Shown here: positions 54,671-63,055 of the stretch, in pieces
Layout of the letters: each line of letters begins with the position of its first letter
Numbering within the stretch: the first letter of the stretch is position 1
Assembly: GCA_963667845.2 (NCBI GenBank)
Contig: CAXXVL010000002.1
Coordinates: 1,568,001-1,632,000 of the forward strand
Length of the DNA: 64,000 nucleotides
Direction: 5' to 3'
Source of the DNA: Smithellaceae bacterium
GTDB lineage: Bacteria > Desulfobacterota > Syntrophia > Syntrophales > Smithellaceae
The notes under the pieces: model-generated
Told to the model about the DNA's origin: nothing
What the model saw: only the letters and a program-made list of their open reading frames with translations
The model's database searches: none
Translations under genes and position numbers: made by a program

Positions 54671-55084
54671 ATGTATCATGGTAAGGCGGGCAGAAAATTA
54701 GGACGAACGTCCAGCCATCGGGAAGCCATGTTTCGCAATATGGTGACATCGATTATCAAACATGAAAGTATTCGGACGACGGATACGATGGCCAAGGAAG
54801 TGCGCAAGCTGGCGGACAAGATGATCACGCTGGGCAAAAGAGGCGACCTTCATGCGAGACGGCAGGCACTATCGATTGTCCGGGATAAAGACATGGTCGG
54901 TAAACTTTTCGGGGAACTGACCGAGCGATTCCGCAATCGTGCCGGCGGTTATACACGCATCCTCAAAGTCGGATACCGCTTTGGCGACAATGCGCCTGTT
55001 TCCATTCTGGAATACCTTCCTGATGAGAAAAAGAAAGAGAAGGCCAAACCGAAATCAAAAGCAAAGGCCAAGACGGCGGAATAG
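54671..55084 (+). CDS. rplQ: 50S ribosomal protein L17
   Basis: [18 protein letters not shown]. Confidence 0.97.
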   Translation: MYHGKAGRKLGRTSSHREAMFRNMVTSIIKHESIRTTDTMAKEVRKLADKMITLGKRGDLHARRQALSIVRDKDMVGKLFGELTERFRNRAGGYTRILKVGYRFGDNAPVSILEYLPDEKKKEKAKPKSKAKAKTAE

Positions 55085-55104
55085 CAAATTCTATGAGTAA
55101 TCAG

Positions 55105-55134
55105 AAGGCAGGGCGCAAACCCTGCCTTTTTTTT
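55105..55134 (+). terminator. intrinsic terminator ending the ribosomal superoperon
   Basis: AAGGCAGGG-CGCAAA-CCCTGCC followed by 8 T. Confidence 0.9.
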
Positions 55135-55304
55135 GTGTGTCCGCCAGGCATCGTGAGATGTGTCCGTTTCCTCCTCGTTCAAATAATTTCCGAAACCAGA
55201 CAGACCTCGTCAATCCAGGCGGTTGACTGAATCAGCCGTTTTGCAAAGTGCTCAGACAACGCGTCCCAATTGAATTCAGGGATGCCGGCTTATCTTTCCC
55301 AATT

Positions 55305-55348
55305 TATAACTGTATCGACATCATTTTGTAATAAACAACCTCTATAAG
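55305..55348 (+). promoter_or_regulatory. Pho-box-like 11-bp tandem repeats plus -10 upstream of the porin
   Basis: TATAAC-N5-CGACAT-N5-TGTAAT, 10 nt, TATAAG; same geometry as at pstS. Confidence 0.55.
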
Positions 55349-55421
55349 CTGGTCCATGACGAATGAGGATAAGCCGCTGACTTTGGCTGATCTTTATTAA
55401 AACCATTTTAGGAGGAAAGAA

Positions 55422-56753
55422 ATGAAGAGATTTTGGGTTGTTTTGTTAACGCTGGGACCGATCACAGTTCTCAGCACAACGGTTTTCGCTCTGGATGTCA
55501 AATTCAGCGGCGAATACTACGCGTCAGGCATGTATCTGGACCGTGCCAGTTTAGTAAAGGACGCAGACCCGCTTAGCGGAACATCGACCGCCTTCTATTT
55601 CCAGAGATTGAGGGTCAGAACTGATTTTGTTGTTTCCCCCGGTTTAACTCTGGTGACTCGCTTTGATGCGATGGAGCGGGCCTGGGGCGCAGCCAGAAGC
55701 GCGCCCGGCACAACACAGGCCGCCGATTCAGCGGGCACACGCGCGGAAAATGAAAACATTGCTTTTGACTGGGCTTACATTGAGTATAAATCGCCGATTG
55801 GTATCTTCAGCGCCGGCTATATGAATGACGGCTCTACGGGAACTGTTTTCGGCGATAGTTATGGTCCGAAAGGCAGAATCAAGTATTCCTACACCTTCGC
55901 GCCGGTAACCATTAATCTGGCTTATACCAAAGAAAAAGAAGCCAGCAATACGGCCATCAATACAACAAACATAGTTGATGCGGATAATAATAAATATGGT
56001 GTGGAAGGTATTTTCACCTGGAAAACAGGCAGAGCAGGTATGCAGATCAACTATTATAACTTTGCCAATGCACGGACAGCTGCGCTGCCCTTTAATAGAA
56101 AATGTTTATTGTTCACGCCTTACGTGTTCGCCAAATTCGGCCCGGTGGCCCTGCAGGCGGAATTGAATTACCTGACGGGTGATGACAAATATGAAAACGG
56201 CGGTGTTACCCCGGACGTGAAGCTGCAGAATTACACCGGTTATGTGGATGCAACGGCTGATTTCGGCATGTTTTATGCCGGCGGCAGCGTGGCCTACGTC
56301 TCCGGTGATGATACGGCTACCACGGACAAGAATGAAGGCGGAATTATCAACGGCGGCCGGGATTGGAAACCCTGCCTGATCACGTGGAATTATGACCGCA
56401 CGAACTGGGCGGGCGGACTTTCCAGCTGGAATGGAACCAATCAGGACACGGCGATGGCCAATGGCTGGTTTGCTCAAGGCAGAGTGGGTGTGAGACCGGT
56501 TTCACAACTGGATATTATGGCATCGGTCTCTTGGGCACATGCCGACAAAACGCCGCAGGCGAAGTGGGAAAGCCGAGACTATGGTTATGAAGTGGATTTG
56601 ACCGCGACTTACAAAATTACCAAAAACCTGTCCTATATGCTGGGCGGCGGCTACCTGTTTACCGGTGACTGGTATAAAGGAATCAATGCCGCAGGCACCA
56701 ATCAAATTCAGAACGATTTTATGGTCATGAACAAGCTGACCCTGACGTTCTAA
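55422..56753 (+). CDS. outer-membrane beta-barrel porin-like protein
   Basis: Signal peptide, amphipathic Gly/Tyr/Asn-rich strands, C-terminal Phe (KLTLTF); AGGAGG RBS. Confidence 0.8.
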   Translation: MKRFWVVLLTLGPITVLSTTVFALDVKFSGEYYASGMYLDRASLVKDADPLSGTSTAFYFQRLRVRTDFVVSPGLTLVTRFDAMERAWGAARSAPGTTQAADSAGTRAENENIAFDWAYIEYKSPIGIFSAGYMNDGSTGTVFGDSYGPKGRIKYSYTFAPVTINLAYTKEKEASNTAINTTNIVDADNNKYGVEGIFTWKTGRAGMQINYYNFANARTAALPFNRKCLLFTPYVFAKFGPVALQAELNYLTGDDKYENGGVTPDVKLQNYTGYVDATADFGMFYAGGSVAYVSGDDTATTDKNEGGIINGGRDWKPCLITWNYDRTNWAGGLSSWNGTNQDTAMANGWFAQGRVGVRPVSQLDIMASVSWAHADKTPQAKWESRDYGYEVDLTATYKITKNLSYMLGGGYLFTGDWYKGINAAGTNQIQNDFMVMNKLTLTF

Positions 56754-57022
56754 AAAGTTGGCGCATCGAAGCAGCAGATGAAAAGACGGTGGCCGGGCGG
56801 GCAAAGAAGCCCGGCCGGCTGTTCCGAGCTTCAGTTTTGACAAATTCATTTTTCCCCTTTCCTGACCGATGAAACCGGGTATGTTGTCCTCCCGGCCTGC
56901 TTCCCGCCATTTCCGCGGCCGATATAGCTTGGCTGTATTTCAGTTTGATGAAGGTTGGCAAACGAGTTTGCTAAGATGCAAGATGCGAGGAAACTGCGGG
57001 CTTCGGTTCAATTCTAATTCAA

Positions 57023-57051
57023 TTGACATGATCGGCCGAATTTTTTATACT
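57023..57051 (+). promoter_or_regulatory. near-consensus sigma70 promoter
   Basis: TTGACA, 17 bp spacer, TATACT. Confidence 0.75.
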
Positions 57052-57120
57052 CTCACCGCAAAGCATGTTTGTTTGCGAAACATTTAATCAAACCGCACAA
57101 TAAAAGACGGAGGTATGGTT

Positions 57121-57381
57121 ATGGCGGAAAAAAAGATCGGCGAAGTGGTTAAATTTTTTGCGAAGCCTTCAGTTGCCGCCGTTCACATTACGGAAGGCGA
57201 ATTGCAGGTCGGTGACAGCATTAAATTTTCGGGTCATACGACGGAATTTATCGATGTTGTGCAGTCCATGGAAGTGGACAACAAACCCGTGCAAAAAGCA
57301 GTTGCCGGCGATTCCATCGGTCTCAAGGTATCCGATCGTGTGCGCCCGGGTGACGAAGTGTTTAAGGTAGTGGCGGATTAG
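57121..57381 (+). CDS. small translation-factor domain II-like beta-barrel protein
   Basis: IGEVVKFFAKPSVA..GELQVGDSI..VQSMEVD..AVAGDSIGLKV..RPGDEV; GGAGG RBS. Confidence 0.8.
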   Translation: MAEKKIGEVVKFFAKPSVAAVHITEGELQVGDSIKFSGHTTEFIDVVQSMEVDNKPVQKAVAGDSIGLKVSDRVRPGDEVFKVVAD

Positions 57382-57403
57382 TTTCGATTGAACTTGAGTG
57401 TAT

Positions 57404-57431
57404 TGTGAGCGGCAGTTAATGACACTGTAAT
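57404..57431 (+). promoter_or_regulatory. possible Pho-box upstream of phoB
   Basis: TGTGAG-N5-GTTAAT-N5-TGTAAT with 11-bp period; -10 element weak. Confidence 0.4.
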
Positions 57432-57469
57432 GATAGTGCTCGTGAAATGACCTGGAATGGCTTCAGTGC

Positions 57470-58168
57470 ATGGCAAAAATATTAGTCGTGGATGATGAAA
57501 AGGATATTGCCGATCTGGTTGCCTACAATCTGGAGAAGGAAGGATTCGACACGATCAAGGCTTATGACGGCGGCGATGTTCTCAAAACCGTTAAAACGCA
57601 GAAGCCCGATCTCATTATTCTGGATCTCATGTTGCCCCGCATGAACGGTCTGGACCTGTGCAAGGCCGTTCGCGCCAATCCGGAAACCGCGCATCTGCCG
57701 ATTATTATGCTCACGGCAAAGGCCGACGAGGTAGATAAGATCATCGGACTGGAAATAGGCGCGGATGACTACATGACCAAGCCCTTCAGCGTTAAGGAGC
57801 TCATGGCCCGGGTGCGGTCTATTTTCCGCCGTATCCAGGAGAGGGACAAACAGTCGGTCCGGCAAACTTTCGAATTTGAGGGACTCACGATCAATTACAC
57901 GGCCTGCTCGGTCAATGTGGCCGGCCGGCCGGTCTCCTTGAGTCCCACAGAGCTTAAACTTCTTTTTTTCCTGTCGCGTCATCCCGGCCGGGTTTATTCC
58001 AGGGATCAGATTCTGGATCATGTCTGGGGCGACGACACCTTCATCACGGATCGCGCCGTCGATGTGCATATCCGCAGGCTGCGCAGCCAGATCGAAAGAG
58101 ATATGGAAAATCCTCGCTATATTCTAACCGTCCGGGGATTTGGCTATAAATTTGCTGAAATCAAATAA
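57470..58168 (+). CDS. phoB: PhoB/PhoP-type OmpR-family response regulator
   Basis: ILVVDDE, LDLMLP, GADDYMTKPF, DRAVDVHIRRLR, TVRGFGYK; adjacent to pst genes. Confidence 0.9.
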   Translation: MAKILVVDDEKDIADLVAYNLEKEGFDTIKAYDGGDVLKTVKTQKPDLIILDLMLPRMNGLDLCKAVRANPETAHLPIIMLTAKADEVDKIIGLEIGADDYMTKPFSVKELMARVRSIFRRIQERDKQSVRQTFEFEGLTINYTACSVNVAGRPVSLSPTELKLLFFLSRHPGRVYSRDQILDHVWGDDTFITDRAVDVHIRRLRSQIERDMENPRYILTVRGFGYKFAEIK

Positions 58169-58305
58169 CTTTCTAACTTTCCTAATCATTGTAATACGTC
58201 TTCAAACACACCGGCAGCTAAACAATCTTGCCTTTGAAATAATTCTTCCTATATTAAGTTTCAGTTTGCCGGTTCGGTAAACCCTTACGCATATTGTTTT
58301 CGTTG

Positions 58306-58349
58306 ATTCATCGATTCGTCATCACATTGTAACATTGGCAGGGTATAGT
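58306..58349 (+). promoter_or_regulatory. Pho box and -10 of pstS
   Basis: ATTCAT-N5-CGTCAT-N5-TGTAAC, 10 nt, TATAGT. Confidence 0.7.
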
Positions 58350-58378
58350 TCGTCCAAACTAAACTTGAGGAGGATCAT

Positions 58379-59224
58379 ATGTTTGATATTATTAAAAAAA
58401 CAGCATTAGGGCTTTTAGCCTTAATTTTCATGACCGGAGCGGCTGTTGCCGCCGAATCCATCGTGATCAAGGGATCGACCACGGTTCTGCCGATTGCCCA
58501 GGCCGTTTTGGAAGCGTACATGAAAAAGAATCCGGGTGTGCAGATTTCTTTGTCCGGCGGCGGCTCAGGCGAAGGCATCAAGGCGCTGCTGGATAAAACA
58601 GCCGATATCGCCGACTCGTCGCGCGAAATCAAAAAAGAAGAAATTACGCTGGCCCAAACACGTGGCGTAAAACCGGTTGCCCACGTCGTGGCCTATGATG
58701 CAATTATTCCCGTTGTTAATCCCAAAAATAAAGTGACTGATTTATCCATTGACCAGTTAAGCCAGATTTACCAGGGCAAGATTACAAACTGGAAAGAAGT
58801 GGGCGGCGAAGATCTGAAGATTGTGGTGATCTCCCGCGATTCATCATCCGGAACCTTTGAGACCTGGGATCATTTTGTGATGAAAAAGACAAAGGTGACT
58901 CCCCGTGCGCAGATGCTGGCATCGAACGGTGCCCTTTTAACCGCTGTTGCTAAAAATCGCTATGCGATCGCTTATCTGGGTATGGGTTACGTCAATAAAA
59001 CCATAAAGGGCGTGAAGGTCAACGGCAAAACCGCAACGATGGAGACGGCATTATCCAAGGAATATCCTTTGTCCCGCGAACTCTACATGTATACCAACGG
59101 CGAACCTGCAGGCGAAGTTGCCAAGTTCATCGCGTTTGTAAAATCAATCGACGGGCAGAAGATCGTGGCCAGAGAAGGCTTTGTTCCGCTGACGGATGTG
59201 AAAAAAACTGGCAGAAAGAAATAG
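58379..59224 (+). CDS. pstS: phosphate ABC transporter substrate-binding protein
   Basis: GSTTVLP, GGGSGEG, SRDSSSGT, YPLSRELY. Confidence 0.95.
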   Translation: MFDIIKKTALGLLALIFMTGAAVAAESIVIKGSTTVLPIAQAVLEAYMKKNPGVQISLSGGGSGEGIKALLDKTADIADSSREIKKEEITLAQTRGVKPVAHVVAYDAIIPVVNPKNKVTDLSIDQLSQIYQGKITNWKEVGGEDLKIVVISRDSSSGTFETWDHFVMKKTKVTPRAQMLASNGALLTAVAKNRYAIAYLGMGYVNKTIKGVKVNGKTATMETALSKEYPLSRELYMYTNGEPAGEVAKFIAFVKSIDGQKIVAREGFVPLTDVKKTGRKK

Positions 59225-59470
59225 CATTCAATCAACCATTTCGCAGCAGGCTGTGAGGTATGAAATGAACGTCATTATTTCGCAGCAAGCGACAGGGAGT
59301 TGGCGCTCGTCCCACTTAAGCGGGATTAAAATGCAAAACAGATTTGCGGTGGCGTGAGAAGCGTTCATCCCACGGCGAATCTTTTTCTGAACGCGTTGAC
59401 GGATGGATTGTCCGCTGTCTCCGTGACATCCCGCTTGGGCCATACCGGCTGTAACAGAAAAGAAGTGAAC

Positions 59471-60358
59471 ATGAATCGTCAGACAAAAGAAATTATCATC
59501 AAATACGTCTTTTTTGTTTTTGCCCTGGTTTCGATCATTGTCCTCGGGCTCATCGTCTTTTCTCTTTTTCGGGAGGGTCTGCCGATATTCGGCAAGGTGT
59601 CGATTAAGGATTTTCTTTTCGGCATGGAGTGGTATCCTACCTTCGACCCGCCGTCTTTCGGAATTTTCCCGCTGATTGTCGGCTCACTGGTCGTCACGCT
59701 GCTGGCGACCGTTATTGCCGTGCCGCTCGGCGTGATGGCGGCCATCTACATTTCCGAGATTGCGCCGCGGGCAACCAAAGAGATTCTCAAATCCATTATC
59801 GAGCTTTTGGCCGGCCTGCCTTCCGTCGTCCTGGGGTTTTTCGGGATGGTGATCATCGCTCCCTGGCTGCAAGACACCTTCGACCTGCCCACGGGCTTGA
59901 ACATCATGAACGCCTCGCTGATTCTGGCCATCATGGCCATTCCGACGATATCAAGTATTGCCGAGGATGCGCTCTACGCCGTGCCCCGCGAATTCAAAGA
60001 GGCGTCTTACGCGCTCGGTGCGACCAAATTTGAAACCATTGCGCAGGTGATTTTACCTGCCGCGATGTCCGGCATTTCTACGGCGGTCATGCTGGGGATG
60101 GCCAGAGCCATTGGCGAAACGATGGTCGTTCTGATGGTTGCCGGAGGCGCGGCTGCGATTCCGGAGAGCCTGTTTGATTCGGTGCGTCCGATGCCGGCGA
60201 GCATTGCCGCGGAAATGGGTGAAGCGCCTTTCCGGAGCGCCCACTATCAGGCGCTTTTCGCCATCGGTATCGTTTTATTTTTTCTGACATTATTTTTCAA
60301 CCTCGTTGCCGACTATATCTCGCACAAGTTCCGGCAGGTTGGATCGGGGACGCTCTAG
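59471..60358 (+). CDS. pstC: phosphate ABC transporter permease PstC
   Basis: ELLAGLPSVVLG, ARAIGETM; start moved to ATG 59471. Confidence 0.95.
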   Translation: MNRQTKEIIIKYVFFVFALVSIIVLGLIVFSLFREGLPIFGKVSIKDFLFGMEWYPTFDPPSFGIFPLIVGSLVVTLLATVIAVPLGVMAAIYISEIAPRATKEILKSIIELLAGLPSVVLGFFGMVIIAPWLQDTFDLPTGLNIMNASLILAIMAIPTISSIAEDALYAVPREFKEASYALGATKFETIAQVILPAAMSGISTAVMLGMARAIGETMVVLMVAGGAAAIPESLFDSVRPMPASIAAEMGEAPFRSAHYQALFAIGIVLFFLTLFFNLVADYISHKFRQVGSGTL

Positions 60359-60369
60359 GCGGATGCTCT

Positions 60370-61248
60370 ATGAATTCATCTCATCATAATTCCGTTAAAT
60401 GGCGCTATCTGAAGCAGAACATTTTTTTTGGTCTGGTGCGGGCCTCAGCGCTGATCATCACATTAGCCCTCGGGGGAATCATTTTTTATATCGTCTATCA
60501 CGGCATCGGCTCCATCAGCTGGGATTTCATCACCAAACCACCCACGGACTCCATGACCAAGGGCGGCATTATGCCCGCCATTCTGGGGACGATTTATCTG
60601 ACCCTTGGAGCGATTGCGATCGGCCTGCCCCTGGGGATCGCATCGGCCGTTTATTTAACGGAGTATGCCAAACAGGGCAAGATCGTCCGGTTTCTGAAAG
60701 TCGGCATTAATTGTCTGGCCGGCGTTCCCTCCGTTGTCTTCGGACTCTTCGGATTGGGCTTCTTCGTCATTTTTTTGAAATTCGGATCGAGCATTCTCTC
60801 CGGGTCGCTGACTCTGGGATTTTTGATTTTGCCGACCATCATCGGTGCTTCGGAAGAGGCGCTCAAATCGGTTCCGCAGACTTTCCGGGAGGCGTCACTT
60901 TCCCTGGGCGTTTCCAAATGGCAGACGACATACCGGATCGTCTTGCCCAATGCCCTGCCGGGCATTCTGACCGGTTCCATCCTCGGAATCGGCCGTGCTG
61001 CAGGTGAAACGGCGCCGATCATGTTCACTGCCGCTGCGTACTTTACGGCCAAACTGCCCGAGTCGATTTTTGATGAAGTGATGGCCCTGCCTTATCATAT
61101 CTACGTGCTGGCGACGGCCGGTACGAATATTGAGGCAACGCGGCCGATCCAGTTTGGAACGGTGCTCGTATTGGTAGCAGTCGTCCTGGGCATCGATCTT
61201 GCGGCCATTGTGATTCGAAGCTACATGAGGAGAAATAAAAGGTGGTAG
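60370..61248 (+). CDS. pstA: phosphate ABC transporter permease PstA
   Basis: [22 protein letters not shown]. Confidence 0.95.
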   Translation: MNSSHHNSVKWRYLKQNIFFGLVRASALIITLALGGIIFYIVYHGIGSISWDFITKPPTDSMTKGGIMPAILGTIYLTLGAIAIGLPLGIASAVYLTEYAKQGKIVRFLKVGINCLAGVPSVVFGLFGLGFFVIFLKFGSSILSGSLTLGFLILPTIIGASEEALKSVPQTFREASLSLGVSKWQTTYRIVLPNALPGILTGSILGIGRAAGETAPIMFTAAAYFTAKLPESIFDEVMALPYHIYVLATAGTNIEATRPIQFGTVLVLVAVVLGIDLAAIVIRSYMRRNKRW

Positions 61249-61250
61249 GA

Positions 61251-62009
61251 ATGGAAATGGATGCCATAATCAAGCTCAAAAACGTAAATTTCTATTACGG
61301 ACAATGCCGGGCGCTGACGGACATATCAATGACGTTCGGAAAAAATAAAGTGACGGCGCTCATCGGTCCTTCGGGATGCGGCAAATCCACGCTGCTCAGG
61401 CTTTTAAACCGCATGAATGATCTGATCGACGGGACGAGGGTCGAGGGGGAAATTCTTTTTGAAGAGGAAAATATTTATGCGCCGCATGTTGATCCGGTGG
61501 AAATCAGGCGCAAGATCGGAATGGTCTTTCAAAAGCCCAACCCCTTTCCGAAGACGATCTTCAACAATATCGCCTATGGTCCGAAGTTGAACGGCGTGAA
61601 ATCGAACGACCTGGATATGCTGGTGGAGCAGAGTCTGAAGCAGGCGGTATTATGGGAGGAAGTGAAAGATATCTTAAATAAATCCGCCATGAATCTTTCC
61701 GGCGGTCAGCAGCAGCGGCTTTGCATCGCGCGGGCGCTGGCCATGAAGCCGGACATCTTACTGATGGATGAACCGACCTCGGCCCTCGATCCGATTTCCA
61801 CCGCCAAGATTGAAGAACTCATTGAAGAGCTGAAAAGAGACTATACAATTATCATTGTTACGCATAATATGCAGCAGGCGGCGCGTATTTCTGATGAGAC
61901 CGCATTCTTTTATATCGGCAACCTGGTGGAGTATAATAAAACGGGAAAAATCTTTACCAAACCGGATATGAAGCAGACCGAGGATTACATCACGGGGAGA
62001 TTCGGCTGA
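61251..62009 (+). CDS. pstB: phosphate ABC transporter ATP-binding protein
   Basis: [33 protein letters not shown]. Confidence 0.96.
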   Translation: MEMDAIIKLKNVNFYYGQCRALTDISMTFGKNKVTALIGPSGCGKSTLLRLLNRMNDLIDGTRVEGEILFEEENIYAPHVDPVEIRRKIGMVFQKPNPFPKTIFNNIAYGPKLNGVKSNDLDMLVEQSLKQAVLWEEVKDILNKSAMNLSGGQQQRLCIARALAMKPDILLMDEPTSALDPISTAKIEELIEELKRDYTIIIVTHNMQQAARISDETAFFYIGNLVEYNKTGKIFTKPDMKQTEDYITGRFG

Positions 62010-62012
62010 GTG

Positions 62013-62318
62013 GACGACTTTGGAAAATACCCCGGCACCCTAAAGGGTGCCTTTGGGCACGCGAGGCTTATACCCTTAAGGGCACGCGTCTGCTGCGTTG
62101 CGCTGCATTCTTCCCCGGCCTTCGCCGGGGCAGGCTACTTGCGGCGTATGTTAATATACGCCTCATTCCTCATGCTCCGGGAGTGTTACCCCGAGCCAAG
62201 GCGAGGGGGCACAATAAAAAGGGATATTGACGTTGCCGGTATGAGCCGCCAGGCGAATACAATAGAGTGCCTTGCATCTAAACCTCGCGTGCCTTTTAGG
62301 GTATTTTGCAAAGCCCTC
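62013..62318. mobile_element. non-autonomous MITE-like element with imperfect terminal inverted repeats and nested palindromic mini-insertions
   Basis: GACTTTGGAAAATACCC (62016-62032) versus GGGTATTTTGCAAAGCC (62299-62315), 15/17 inverted match; GGCACGCGAGG/CCTCGCGTGCC; many internal hairpins; no transposase. Confidence 0.7.
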
Positions 62319-62359
62319 TCGGTTTAATAGGGAATGAGTTTTCAACTGGAGGAAATGAT

Positions 62360-63046
62360 ATGGAAGAAAAAAAGCACACCAGTTTGCACTACGAAAAGGA
62401 ATTGCAGGAAATCAAGAACGGCCTCATTTATCAGGGCGTCCTGACGGAAAAGGCTATTCAACTGGCGATGACGTCGCTGGCGGAAAGAAATTCGGATATC
62501 GCCAGAAAAGTCATCAAGGATGATGATGAAATCGACAAATTGGATACGGACCTTGAGGAGCGCTGCATCAAGATTCTGGCTCTGAGGCAGCCCACGGCAA
62601 TCGACTTGCGGTTTATCACCACGGCGATTAAAATTACCGGCCATCTGGAAAGAATCGGCGATATGGCGGTCAACATTGCCGAAAAGGTCCTGCTGCTGAA
62701 TCAGGAGCCGCAGCTTAAACCCTATATCGATTTGCCCCGCATGACCGACCTGGTCGGCTCGATGATCAAGGATTCCCTGGATAGCTTTATTGGCAACGAT
62801 CTCGCGATGGCGGAGAAAGTCCGCCGGACGGAACAGGCTGTGGACGATTTAAACGAACAGATATTTCGGGAGTTGTTGACCTTCATGATGGAGGATTCCA
62901 AATCCATTCACCGCGCCCTGCTGATCATGCAGATATCCAAGAATCTGGAGCGTATTGCTGATCATGCCAAGGGCATTGCGGATATGGTAACCTACATGGT
63001 GACAGGCGAATGTGTCCGCCATCAGACATGTTCTCCAAACGAGTGA
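62360..63046 (+). CDS. phoU: phosphate signalling protein PhoU
   Basis: QPTAIDLR, LERIGD, LERIADH; GGAGG upstream of ATG 62360. Confidence 0.95.
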   Translation: MEEKKHTSLHYEKELQEIKNGLIYQGVLTEKAIQLAMTSLAERNSDIARKVIKDDDEIDKLDTDLEERCIKILALRQPTAIDLRFITTAIKITGHLERIGDMAVNIAEKVLLLNQEPQLKPYIDLPRMTDLVGSMIKDSLDSFIGNDLAMAEKVRRTEQAVDDLNEQIFRELLTFMMEDSKSIHRALLIMQISKNLERIADHAKGIADMVTYMVTGECVRHQTCSPNE

Positions 63047-63055
63047 GGGTGCGGC

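Noticed and set aside
54582..54700. Possible UGA readthrough extending RpoA (the frame stays open into rplQ)
   Set aside because: The alpha-CTD is already complete, there is no SECIS-like hairpin at the right spacing, and the extension resembles nothing I recognise.
55105..55134. GGGCGCAAACC as part of a c-di-GMP riboswitch
   Set aside because: The second stem is missing; it is a plain terminator with a T8 tail.
29737..55182. Many long antisense ORFs over rpoBC and ribosomal genes (e.g. 31153-31989)
   Set aside because: Shadow frames of conserved genes, without recognisable motifs.
59228..59470. ORF 59228-59443 and the PstC extension from 59354
   Set aside because: They lie in a structured spacer; PstC-like sequence starts at ATG 59471.
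62010..62359. ORFs 62010-62327, 62163-62345 and the long PhoU N-terminus from 62306
   Set aside because: They run through the palindromic element; PhoU has a good RBS at ATG 62360.
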